A stretch of 64,000 nucleotides of DNA, taken from Malacoraja senta. Taxonomy: Eukaryota. Position numbers and translations under genes: made by a program. Shown here one piece after another: positions 50,141 to 61,725 of the stretch. A model generated the notes under the pieces. That model made no database searches, was not told the origin of the DNA, and saw only the letters and a list, made by a program, of their open reading frames with translations. The stretch covers positions 57,040,001 through 57,104,000 of the forward strand of contig CM075982.1 of the NCBI GenBank assembly GCA_038087875.1, read 5' to 3'. The stretch's first letter is position 1; each line of letters begins with the position of its first letter.

Positions 50141-51304
50141 TCTATTATTCATCTAATGTCATTGAAGAAAGCTCGTCTCATTTTGCCTTGGAGGAAACTG
50201 TAAAGATCAATTCCTGTATTATTGTTCATAACCAACAATTATTCTTATTCCTATTAAATGGGAGATATTGTATTTTTCAATTAATTTATTAGCCAAGTAT
50301 GTAAACATGCAATGAATTTGTATGGATAGAATTCATTCTGGAGGCTATTGCCATGCAAATCATTTCCTCCTAATCTGACGTGGCCATCATGGATAGAAAA
50401 TGAAGAAGTTTATTATAAAATTAAGCTCTCTCTTTCTGACTGGCTTTATACCATCTGCCAAAGGGTTAGTCCTACTCCTCCCATGATTTCCCTTTTGATT
50501 TCATGGAGGACGCTTTGTATTAATGAGCATGCATCTGGGCCTGTAGGTTATTAGCATGTGAGACACATTAACTGAATGAGGGATGAGGTTAGACAACAAT
50601 GAACAATACTGAGATGGATTGTGCTGAACTACTGTAAAATGAAAAACATTGCAATGGAAACATTGTTTTGTGTCTGGATAAAATTATGTCTTTGTTCAAT
50701 ATATTAGTTGCACATGCAATACTGTAAATTACTTCTAACTAAAATCATTAAATGCACAGAGTGATTTCCCAATATAAATCCCAGCTCAGAAAGAATGCAC
50801 TGTAAGAACCGTAAATGTATAGCACTGATGAATGCCTGTGACTCATCTTGTGTGTGAAAGTCAGTTCCAGAATAAGTAGGCCGCTTTTTATCTCACAAAG
50901 GAAAATGTAAAAGATCCCTAATTTAAAGAATAATTGCAAAGCTGTACATATTGTGTAAAGGAACAAACTTGTAATTTCTTAAAGCATTCGGCAAAGAGAC
51001 AGGACTTTCCAATTGGCGTATATTTTAATCTAGGTCAAAATCCCAGCAAATGTAAAACTGTTCTATTCATGAGGTTTTTGTAAAGTGGTTGGGGTTCTCC
51101 ACCATTAATCTCTACACAGAGAGCCAAGATAGACAGATGGGGTCACTGGGTTTTTGTTTGCATGAACTCAAGTTTAGCAGGTGGGGTGCCAGCTGAGAAA
51201 GCATTGGAATTGTTGTATCGGGAGGTTATAAGTGCATGGGTGGGGGTTTCAACAGCAGATGATTTGAAGTCGGTGCAGAAGGTAGCTATGTTAGAGTTGG
51301 AAGG

Positions 51305-51588
51305 AGGCAAGGTGGTTCAACGGTACAGTTGCTACCTTATAACGCTTGCCGTGCGGGAGACCCAGGTGCTATCTGTGCGGAGTTTGTACATTCTACCTGT
51401 GACCGCTAGAGTTTGCTCTGAGATCTTCGTTTTCCTCCCATACTCCAAAAACGTACAGGTTTGTAGGTTAACTGGCTTGGAAGTGTAAATTGTCGGGGAT
51501 TCCAGGTTGTTGCGGACTCGGTGGGCCGAAGGGCCTGAAGGGCGCTGTATCTCTAAACTAAACTAAACTAAAGTAAACTAAACTAAAC
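51305..51588 (+). mobile_element. HE1-like SINE with internal deletions
   Basis: Core and (TAAAC)n tail. Confidence 0.85.
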
Positions 51589-52620
51589 TTTCAAGAGAAA
51601 AATGGCCATTTGTTGTGTAGGTTCCTACCTATTTGTTGTGTAGGTTCCTACCTACAATATTTCAAATGTCATTGTTTCTGGGCCCCAGATGCTTGTTTAA
51701 ATGTTTTCATGTAAAGTCTGGATCATTCTTCCAAAGTATTTTTGCATAACCTTTTTGCATAACCTCCTGTCAACAATTCCCATTAGTTTTGTTCCACCAA
51801 CAATACCTTTTCTTTCCACGCTATTCCTTCCTTGTGTTTATTTTTATTTACGCTGCACATAGAATTCAGATTCAGAGCAATATTCTAATTAGGGACATTT
51901 GACCAGGAACACATATCATTTGTCTTCTATCTTTCAATGTCTTGTTGAATGAAGTACTGACCTTTTCAAGAGCGTTTTTGCTTGTGTAATGATAGCATAC
52001 GCATGAATGCAGCACACAAGCTTTGCCAGTGAATGCTAATGATTGATGCTTCTTTCCCAGAAAGCCATTGATAAATAAAAGTGCTTTTAAAAAATAGAGC
52101 ACAAAATCAGAATGGAGAAATGGAGTGGAGAATTTCAGAAAATATGTAACAGATGAGAAAAACTTGAAATGCAACAAAATTGAATTCCATAATGGCAAAT
52201 TGAATACAATAGATCAACGCATTTCACATCCCTCCTCACCACCAGGCTGAGCATGTTGTGGGTTGTATCTGGTTTATACAGCAAGCCCTTGTTGAATCCC
52301 AATCAGAGGTCAACGTAGATTCAGACGTGGATGTGCCACCTTCGACACACTTTGTAAACTTCCCTTCAAATTCCATTTTGGGTTTATTAACAAATATCTC
52401 ATACCTGTGACCTCTAGCATTTCCCATTAGAGAGAATGACCTTTCAATTGGATAGTCAACCCAAGGTAATCACTTTCCGGTGATATCATTGATCTGATTA
52501 TAGATGATGCCACATTATTCTGCATTGTCGCAAAATAATTAAAGAGTTAAAAGGAAATAAATGTTCCTGATTAGTAAGGATATCAAAGGTTATGGGGAGA
52601 AGGCGAAGAGAATGGGAAAA

Positions 52621-53030
52621 GATAGTGGGTCGCTGGAGGCCCTGCAGCAGCCTGGGGCTCGTTTGGATCAGGTGCCACTCCAAGAGGCTGAGTATGTGGA
52701 CCAAATGCGGCCTGCAGTGGCACGGAACAGTGGAGCAGCGGTGGAGGACTCCAACAACTTTGCTTGACCAATCCGACTCTGCAGCGCCGCCAGGACAATG
52801 GGTCTTTATGGCCAAGTCAAGATGTCCACATTTATAACAGCGTTCAGAATTGATTCATGAAAAATGACACCACCACATGGCAATTCTTAGTATACTGTCC
52901 TAGCATGCTATTCCTATACACATACTTAACTAAGATTGTACTTATATATAGTAATACTTTTACTGAACTGTATGCAAAAATGGAATTTCACTGTACCTTA
53001 GTGATGGAACTATAAAGTACCATTGAAACA
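52621..53030 (+). mobile_element. GC-rich non-autonomous retroelement with Rex1-type tail (5'-truncated)
   Basis: Aligns by eye with 45177-45563. Confidence 0.75.
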
Positions 53031-53659
53031 TCGACATCAAAAGCTCAATAGTTTCATTAAGTGAAAAAACAATCAGAGCAAGTCACCCCAACTAGTCCAT
53101 GTGGTAGTGAGTTCCACCTTCTATGCAATTTGTAAACTTCCCTTCAAATTCCTTTTTGGATTTATTAGCAAGTATCTTACACTTGTGACCTCTTGTATTT
53201 CCCATTCGAAGGAATGACCTTTCAATAGGATAGTCAAGCCAAGGTACTCAATCACTTTCCAGTGATATAATTGATCTGATTATTGATGATGCCATATTAC
53301 TGCATTGTAGCAGAATAGTTATTGAGTAAGGGTGTCAAAGGTTATGGGGAGAAGGGAGGAGAATGGGGAAAAATACATGTAGATCGAATGGTGGAGTTGA
53401 CTCTAAGGGTTGGATGGCCCATGTTTCATTCTGCTTATGAACTTATTAAATAACAAGTGAACACGCTGCAAAATAAAGCAGGCATTTACCAGTTCTCAAA
53501 ATTTGTTTATGCTACTGTGAAGAAGTTTGTACTGGGTGGCAAATGTTTAAAAAGTCAACAAAAACAAATCTGTGTAAGAGGCACTTGAAACCTTGCTTTG
53601 TGACTCCAGTTGGGCCGTCCAACATTGACACAGACTGGATCATACAGGGAAATAATCAT

Positions 53660-53842
53660 GTGTAGGAAGGAACTGCAGATGCTGGTTTAAACCAAAGATA
53701 CAGTAAACACAAAATGCTGGAGTAACTCAGCGGGACAGGCAGCCTGACGTCTGATGAAGGGTTTTGACCCAAAACGCCACCCATTCTTTCTTTCCAGAGA
53801 TGCTGCCTGTCCTGCTGAGTTACTCCAGCATTTTGTGTCTTT
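53660..53842. mobile_element. Penelope-derived inverted pair
   Basis: ACACAAAATGCTGGAGTAACTCAGC ... GCTGAGTTACTCCAGCATTTTGTGT; degenerate core CTGATGAAGGG at 53751. Confidence 0.85.
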
Positions 53843-54304
53843 CTAGGAGTATAATCTTCTGAATTCCATCTAGAAATGGTATGAGGAGACCCAACAAACT
53901 CTATGCAAAATCACATCTAAAATAAGCGAGCATAGTGCAGCAGGAAGAATGCAGAAAACTTCTTAAAAAGTCTGGATAAATAGGCAAGGTTTGACTTTTG
54001 ATTGCAGGAACTGGAACCAGATAGTGTAAGCCACATTGAACACTAATTTTAAACTAATTATTAATTTTAAAATGATTTGGGATGGCTTTGTCAGCAGTTT
54101 GTGGTTTATATGCTGTAGATACAGTGTATGCTGTTGGTGTGGGTACAAAGTGAAAGTGGAACCTAGCTTTATGTACCCTCAACTTAACTGAGCAGCATTT
54201 CCCTCATTCTACAGAGGCATTAAGAAAGGCTGCATTGGAAAAATGACTTTCCTATCAATCAGTATAGATCTGCAATGAGGCAAAATCACTCCCAGGTGCG
54301 GGTC

Positions 54305-54587
54305 TTTGGCGCTGTGGTAGAGTCGCTGCCTTATAGCACTAGAGACCTGGGTTCAATCCTGACCGCGGATGCTGTCTGTATGGAGTTTGCCCATTCTCTC
54401 GCGACCACGTGAGTTTTCTCCAGGTGCTCTGGTTTCCTCCCACACTCCAAATACGTGCAGATTTGTAGGTTAATAGGCTTCTGTAAATTGTCCCTAATGT
54501 GTAGGTTAGACAGGGGTGATCGTTGGTCAGCGGGTTCTTGGTAGGTTTAAGGGCCTGTTTCCACACTGCATCTCTAAACTAAACTAA
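54305..54587 (+). mobile_element. HE1-like SINE
   Basis: tRNA head, V core and tail. Confidence 0.9.
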
Positions 54588-55204
54588 GCCGTGAGTGAAC
54601 ACCCCCTTATAAATAACCTTCAATGTTCCTTGTAATTATTTTCATTTCATTGAAATTTGATTAGAATATTACATTATACCTTATTGAACATTATTACAAT
54701 GAAATATGTTGGCTCTCATGATAACTGCGATCAAAACATATTTACGATAAATGGAATAATACAAAGTACATCATAAAACCTCCAGTCTTGGAACATGATT
54801 TGCACTGTTACTTGGTCTTAGCTCTGGCGGCTGTGGATTGGGGGATGGGAAGGTGAATAGAAATTTTAATTTTTTCCTATGGCCCCAAGCAAGTGATAGA
54901 GAAGAAAAAAGATGACAGGATTTATACTCCTTGTTATCAACCAGTGTACACAGCCATGACCTTGGTGCCTACGGTTAAATAGACTACTAATACTTAGAAT
55001 CCAGGCTCACAGATGATGGATAGCTGTTCAGACAAGATACTGGAGAGAGGCAGGTGCAAGCAGAAAGAATGAAATTAAGAATCAGCATTAATATGCCATA
55101 TTCCATGACTTCAGGGATGATTTAATTGATACTTTTAAAATATGGCTGTTAGTTATATGAAAGGAAACATGCTCAAACTCAACAGAGGTGAGTTGCTCTA
55201 AGAG

Positions 55205-55410
55205 ATTGTAGATGCTGGAATCTAGAGCAAAATCCAAATGATTGGAATAGAGATGGAACAAAATTACTGGAGGCAGCATCTGTGGAACAAAATGGACAGA
55301 TGAGATGTCGGGTTGGGACTTTCCTTCAGACTGAAGGAGAGTCCCTATCCGAAAGGTTGTCTGCCAATTTCCCTTCTTGGCTGCAGTGTTCTTCCAGCAA
55401 TTAGTTTTCT
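55205..55410. mobile_element. Penelope-derived inverted pair (older)
   Basis: Centre CCTTCAGACTGAAGG with degenerate hammerhead cores on both strands. Confidence 0.7.
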
Positions 55411-55724
55411 TTTAGACCTCAGACAGATACTGTAACACTCTATTTGTTTCTTTAATGCCTATTTTGCATTAGTTTAGGCTATATTGGGCTAGCTCAACCT
55501 GGATCTGGTCCACTGACTAAAATCACCAGCTGCAGTAGTCCACCCTATCCCGACCCATCACCTCCACTGATCTGTTCCAGGTAAAGTCAAGTTCCCATAA
55601 TCTGGCGTGCATGGGACGTTGGCGATGCTGAATCAACAGATTTTTCCAGTTGATTTGATGTTAATCCTTTTAATACACAAACATATTTTAATTATTTTTT
55701 GGATAATATTATGTTGTTTAACAA

Positions 55725-55975
55725 AGCTGGTGGAGCTGCTGCCACACAGTGCCAGAGACCCAGGTTCAATTGGCAGGGATGGGATACTGAGTTGGATGAT
55801 CAGCCATGATCATATCGAATGGCGGTGCAGGCTCGAAGGGCTGAATGGCCTACTCCTGCACCTATTTTCTATTTTTCTATGTTTCTATGTTAATCCTGAC
55901 CTTGGGTGCTGTCTATATGAAGTTTGCATGTTCTCCCTGTGACCATGTTTCCGCCAAGTGCTCCAGTTTTCTTTC
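55725..55975 (+). mobile_element. V-SINE interrupted by a CR1 tail (about 55775-55890)
   Basis: The head GCCAGAGACCCAGGTTCAAT resumes as AATCCTGACCTTGGGTGCTGTC after the CR1 tail. Confidence 0.8.
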
Positions 55976-55979
55976 GACG

Positions 55980-56075
55980 ACGAAGGTCGGGGAGGGACGG
56001 AGAGAGAGAGGATGCAAGGGTTACTTCATAATTCATACTTCTGTGTTGTAAGCTGCCCAAGCAAAATTTGAGGAA
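55980..56075 (-). mobile_element. Penelope ORF C-terminus fragment
   Basis: Minus strand encodes LKFCLGSLQHRSMN (PLE consensus LIFRLGSLQPxGMN). Confidence 0.65.
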
Positions 56076-56742
56076 ATATCACTCCTTTGTGATGTTATTT
56101 TACTGAGAACCTGGTGTGTTGAAATTGTTTGAGTTTTGGCCACAAACATCAGCATTCTGCTGAACAACAATGCAATGACCTCTGCAGCAATCTTCTCATT
56201 TGTCATGTGCTTGTTTTTCATTAGTCTTGATCTCCACTTCTCATGTCTGCATTTCTTTAATGCTAACAGATTAATGGACCGTGGAACAGATGACAGAGAG
56301 CTAATGTGAAACTTATAGTGTTTCGGTCTGGTGTGTTCCCTTTTCATGGTTAAAATGACTATACATCAGTTGCCATTGGGTCATATGACAACTTTTATTC
56401 AAGATGTGTCATTTTTAAACCTCCACTGATACTCACAGTGATCTATTTTAATAATTTATTCCATTTGGGAATTTTAGAAATGTTAATAAAACTTGATGTT
56501 CATACAATTTTACAAAGTATTTGTATCTGTCAACAGATTAGAATATTGATCTATATTTGTGCATCATCAAATGATTTGAACCTTATTTTTTATTGCATCA
56601 AGTAAGAATGCATATTTGTGGTACAAAGGTTACACTGCTGCACAAACTTTCTCTTGTGGCTTGAACTGTGCAGTTTCAATTGTGTTTTTCTCATGTTGTT
56701 CCATGCTGTTTACCTGCTTGAAAACTGCACTAAAATGTTGTG

Positions 56743-56897
56743 AAGGAATTGGTGACATTTCAGGTCGAGACCCTTCAAGGGTCTCAACCCGAAATGTCAC
56801 CCATTCCTTCTCTCCAGAGATGCTGCCTGACCCGTTGAGTTACTCCAGCATTTTGTGTTTATTTTCGGTTTAAACCAGCATCTGCAGTTCCTTCCTA
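56743..56897. mobile_element. Short Penelope-derived insertion with hairpin
   Basis: GGTGACATTTCAGGTCGAGACCCTT / AAGGGTCTCAACCCGAAATGTCACC; TSD CACTAAAATGT(T/A)GTG at 56728-56742 and 56898-56912. Confidence 0.85.
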
Positions 56898-57374
56898 CAC
56901 TAAAATGTAGTGGTTGTTCCCTTTTTAGCGAGAATTCATGTATGCTTTCTTTCTGAGCGTGTTCTATATTAAGGGAGACATGATTGTTGAAAAGTCAGAG
57001 TTGATTGACTTAAACTGCAGAGCCCTTCAAGAATCTGTCACACTCTTACTTATTATGCCATTTCAATTGTTCTTTACATAACATTCTAAATATACCATAT
57101 CCAAACTTCGAGCTATGGAAACAGAGGCACCACTGCAGCCTGACGATGCAGTCTATAATTATCCTTGCTGGTTATTGAAGCAATGGGAGCAATGAACTGC
57201 TTTTATGAAAATACTTCTCTTTGTCCATGTTGGAGGATCAGTTTCTGTGAGTCTCTAGAATTTAGTCTGGGAATAGATAGGAACTGGGAATCTTTGGTAC
57301 TTGGTGAACAACTGAGGCATCATAACCATTGGAATAGGAGCTCTGAATAATTTATCACTCCTCTATATTGTAAT

Positions 57375-57670
57375 GGTACATTGATACAGCCAGACAACTC
57401 CTACCTCCCATGACCCAGGTTCAATCCTGACCTCTAGTGTGGAGTTTGCACGTTCTCTCTGTGACATTGTGGGTTTCTCTCAAGTGGATGGGTTTCCTTC
57501 CCAAAGACGTGCATGTTGGTAAGTTAATTGGCTACTGTAAATTGCCCATAGGTGTGCAGGTGAGTGATAGGATGGGGGGGAAGGTGGTATGTTGATGGGA
57601 ATGTGGGGAGAAGAGGATACATGGAAAATTAGATTTCTCTGTGAGCCGGGCAAAGACAAGATGGGCTGAA
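57375..57670 (+). mobile_element. Old V-SINE, followed by a CR1 tail (about 57675-57800)
   Basis: GACCCAGGTTCAATCCTGACC...CCCAAAGACGTGCATGTTGGTAAGTTAATTGG. Confidence 0.75.
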
Positions 57671-58254
57671 TGGGGCGTTAAAGGGTACGGGGAGAAGGCT
57701 GGAGAATGGGCTTGAGAGGGAAAAATAGATCAACCATGTTCTAATGGCAGAGGAGACTCTGAATAGCCTAATGCTGCTCCGATGTCTTGTGGACTTATAG
57801 TCTTATTTGTTGGACCTTTAGATAATTTTCAACTGGGATTAAACAAGCTAATTTAGACTAAGATGTATTTTATTTATCTATGCGCCTCAACTCCACACCA
57901 ACCAGCTTAGTAATTTGCCAGAGGGTAGCACCATTTTTAATGAAATAATTGCCACAGAAAATTGGCAAAATCATTTTGCCCCTCCACTTCCAGCCTTCTC
58001 CACTCCCACCACCACAATCAGGCTGAGGAAGGGTCCCGACTTGGTTTATGTGTAAAACATGCTCTGTGCTCTGTCCTCACCTTCTGAAATTCAAATGGCA
58101 GAAGTGGGATTCACTGTGCATTGTGCAACTGTACCTCATGTGCCTATTATAGAAGATACATTTTCATCCCAGAGACATTCAGGGTAATGCTGGGACCACA
58201 GAGTCACTTAAAGCATTGGATAAAGAAGTGATCACAAGATACCTTTATTTTTGG

Positions 58255-58800
58255 CAACATTTTGGCACGATTGGCAGCCCCGCCAATAGTCTGTGTGTCT
58301 TTTTGTCTTTTAATTTTTTTTAATGTGTGTTAAAAGTCTGTGTAAATGTTCTCCGGTTTGTTTTATGTGGGGGGAGGGGTCGGGGGAAACGTTTATTTCA
58401 GTTTCTTACCTTGCCGGAGATGCGATAAATTTTCGGATTGCATCTCCGGTTGCTCTGCAGCCTAACATCCATGGAGCTGGAGGCCTCCTCGGACTGACTT
58501 TGGGCCTTGCCGCGGGGCGTGGACTTACATCAGAGCAGATGCCTTGCCTGGGGTTGCTCAAACCGTGCATGCAGATTTACCATCAAGAGCTCGCAGTCTC
58601 GGGAGAGGCTAGTCGGGAAGCTCCAACGACAAAGAGGCTCGACCAGCCCCGACGTGGAGTCCGATCGTCCGGCGCAGGGGAGCTGACATCCCTCCGATGC
58701 AGGTGCTGATCGCCTCGATGCGGAGGGCCTAAACGCCACTGGCTACGAGAGTGAAGATGGTCCCGGCTTGAGGCCTCCAACTGCGGGAGAGCTAAGGGAA

Positions 58801-58841
<41 letters not shown>

Positions 58842-59416
58842 ATTTATTAGAAGTACATTACATTACAACCACATACATTAATACTCGTCATTTATATCTT
58901 CTTACAATTAATGTACTCCCTTTATTTATTTTTTTACACTAGAAAAAGAAAAGATTGAAAGAGAGAAGAAAGTGAAGGAAAAAGTGCAAGTGTAGAAAAG
59001 TGTAGAAAATGTAACAACAAAAGAGGACGAAGACCCTATAAGAGCGAAATTAAAAACAAAAAGAAAAAGAGTTAAGAAATAGGCCCTAAGAAAAGAAAAG
59101 AGAAAGAGAAAAAAAAAAGAAACAAATGTTTTTTTTTTGAGCATCACGTAAATAGGACATACCAACTCTTCAACTATCATCCCCCCTTACCTGACCTCAA
59201 TTTTTTATTTTTTTTAAAGTACTTTTGCACCCTATGTTTGTAATAATTCTATAAATGCAGACCACGTCAGGTGGAAGTGATCTGGTTTACCTGCTAGGAG
59301 GAGTCTTATCTCTTCTAGGTGTAATGTTTCAAACATATTTGAAATCCACATATTTATAGTTGGTAAGGGAAAAGATTTAAACTTTTTTTTGCCTTCCATC
59401 ACAGTGAGGAAAGTGG
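58255..59416 (+). mobile_element. GC-rich unclassified interspersed repeat, interrupted by an L1
   Basis: CpG-rich 58270-58800; shares a GGCAGCC..GCCAA.AG motif with about 14655; continues after the L1 TSD. Confidence 0.5.
58808..59363 (-). mobile_element. 5'-truncated L1 LINE with poly(A) tail and 15-bp TSD
   Basis: Minus strand encodes PTINMWISNMFETLHLEEIRLLLAGKPDHFHLTWSAFIELLQT*, then a T-rich 3'UTR, AATAAA and poly(A); TSD TAAGGGAAAAGATTT at 58793-58807 and 59364-59378. Confidence 0.85.
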
Positions 59417-59752
59417 TCCACTCTATCCAAGCCTTTAACTTGACATGACAATAAACTCACTTGAACTTGGACTTGAACTATTCGGCATGTTTCAATGAGG
59501 TCCCCACTTATTCTTCTAAACTCCAGCGAGTACAGGCCCAGTGCTGTCAAACGTTCATCATATGTTAACCCATTCATTTCTGGGATCATTCTTGTGAACC
59601 TCCTCTGGACCCTCTCCAGGGCCAGCACAGATATCCTTCCACAGATATGGTGCCCAAAATTGCCCACAATACTCCAAATGCGGCCTGACCAGCGCCTCAG
59701 CAAAACAGCATTACTTCCCTGTTTTTGTATTCTACCCTTCTTGAAATAAATG
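59417..59752 (-). mobile_element. CR1 fragment containing a 40-bp Rex-type tail insertion (59441-59479)
   Basis: LALERVQRRFTRMIPEMNGLTYDERL...GDLIET; the insert is ACATGACAATAAA plus (CTTGAA)n-like units. Confidence 0.88.
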
Positions 59753-61339
59753 CGAGCTGATATTTGCTATTTCTGAATATTTACTATTTCCTGAATAGAA
59801 TCACTATTCCTAGTGTTCTTAATCTTAAGAAAAATGTACCAGAATTACATTCCTTTATTTCCCAGAGACATTCTTTTATAAATATTTGAGAACTTGTATT
59901 CCTCCATGTACTAAGATGTAACGAAAGGAGGAGTGAGACCACAATACTGAAAGATTATTTGCAAAATGTTTAAATTCAGAAGCTGCTGATGCATAATTAA
60001 CTATATATTGAACAGGCTGATGAGTTGTTCTTCCATATGTCCTGGGACTTATTCAAAGGCAACGGGACTGGAAACAATCTTTTTCATTGAGCCATCTTTT
60101 ATGTATATGTCAGATCTCACTAAAGGCTAATTATTCCATGGATTATGTCCAAAGGAGAATAGAGCCATTAATGAAAAGCAGCAGACTATAAGGACTTCCA
60201 TTGAAATGAGGCTTAAGTCACACACTAAGGATTTAAGCAGTTATTTGCAACTGAATGCCATGCCCTAAGTAGAAATGAGGGACAACCTCAATTTAAGATC
60301 TAAGTTTTGCTTCAAATACTGACACAAAGATGTAATCATTTTCAATGTGTTAACTCTATAAATGCAAGCATTCTGTCAGTGTATTACCCAATGTTATTTA
60401 GCTGCTGTATTGCTTGAATGTATTTAGCAACAACAATAATAATTTGCATTCCAATAATGCATTTCAACATATCCCAAGCTGCTTCAAAGAAAAAGTTTTC
60501 AGGTGATAAATCCATGTTGAGCCAAAGGTAGACACTTTAGAATGGGTGACTAACAACAGGAAAAAGTGGAATATACAAGATTAAGGAAGGAAATTCAATG
60601 GCATTGGACAAAACGAGTCAGAGGTATAAACCTCTGTCTTATTTATCTGCAGTAATTTGAATATTTATTGAAATATCTATGTAAATTTGATTGGATACTT
60701 AGATTAACTTCCATGGCAAGTCCAACTGGCAATTGGCCAACTAACAGTCACTGTTTCAAGATGTCATGGATTTTTGAATGTTGAAGACAATGTTTGTCCT
60801 ATCAGTTCTTCTCACCATTCAAAGGATTTTACAAATATATTCCGGGTTCACATGGATAAATGGACAATCATTCTGAGTGTTTCTGTGTTTGGACTTGTTT
60901 TACCACCGAATAGCTCATGCACCATTATTTATTTAGGTTTAGGTTTATTCTTGTCACATGTACCTTGATACAGTGAAAGACTTTGTTTCATGAGCAGTAC
61001 AGCCACTATGAAAATTCCTTGTTTGCCATTGCTATAAACTGTCAACAGTAATACTCTTTCTTCTTTCTGATGGCTGATTTGAATGGCAATAATAAATCTA
61101 GCTGGAGGTTAGTTAACCGTCTCAAAAAGTGAGAGTTTATCTTTGTGGTGACCTTGTCAGATTTGTGCAGATAACAGAGTGTTGTGATACGAAGCATGGC
61201 TTGATTAGGGTTTCCATGCCACATCCTACAGAATTTCTAACATGTCACTTCATTAACTGATCATAGCCACAATCTTGATTAGATCTGCTTCAGAGCCTTT
61301 CCCATTTTTTTTGTCATCAGTTGAAACCAATTCGAAATT

Positions 61340-61725
61340 AGTGGGAAGGAACTGCAGATGCAGGTTTAAACCAAAGGAAGGCACAAAATGCTGGAGTAAC
61401 TCAGTAAGACAGGCAGCATCTCTGGAGAGAAGGCCACCCATTCCTCTATCCAGAGATGCTGCCTGTCCCGCTGAGCTAATTTTGTGTCTATTTTTAGTTT
61501 GAAATTAAATGTTTATTCCAGATCATGTTTCTATTTCACACCTTCATCCAGAGTTGCTTTCTGGTTAATTGCGATAATCAGTAAAACTCTGATTATTTTT
61601 GGAAGGAACTGCAGATGCTGGTTTACACCGAAGATAGACACAAAATGCTGGAATAACTCAGCGGGACAGGCACGATCTCTGGAGAGAAAAAATGGCTGAC
61701 ATCTCGAGTCGAGACCCTTCTTCAG
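61340..61725 (-). mobile_element. Two Penelope terminal-repeat insertions (61340-61500, 61600-61725)
   Basis: GGAAGGAACTGCAGATGC...CACAAAATGCTGGA.TAACTCAG in both. Confidence 0.8.
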
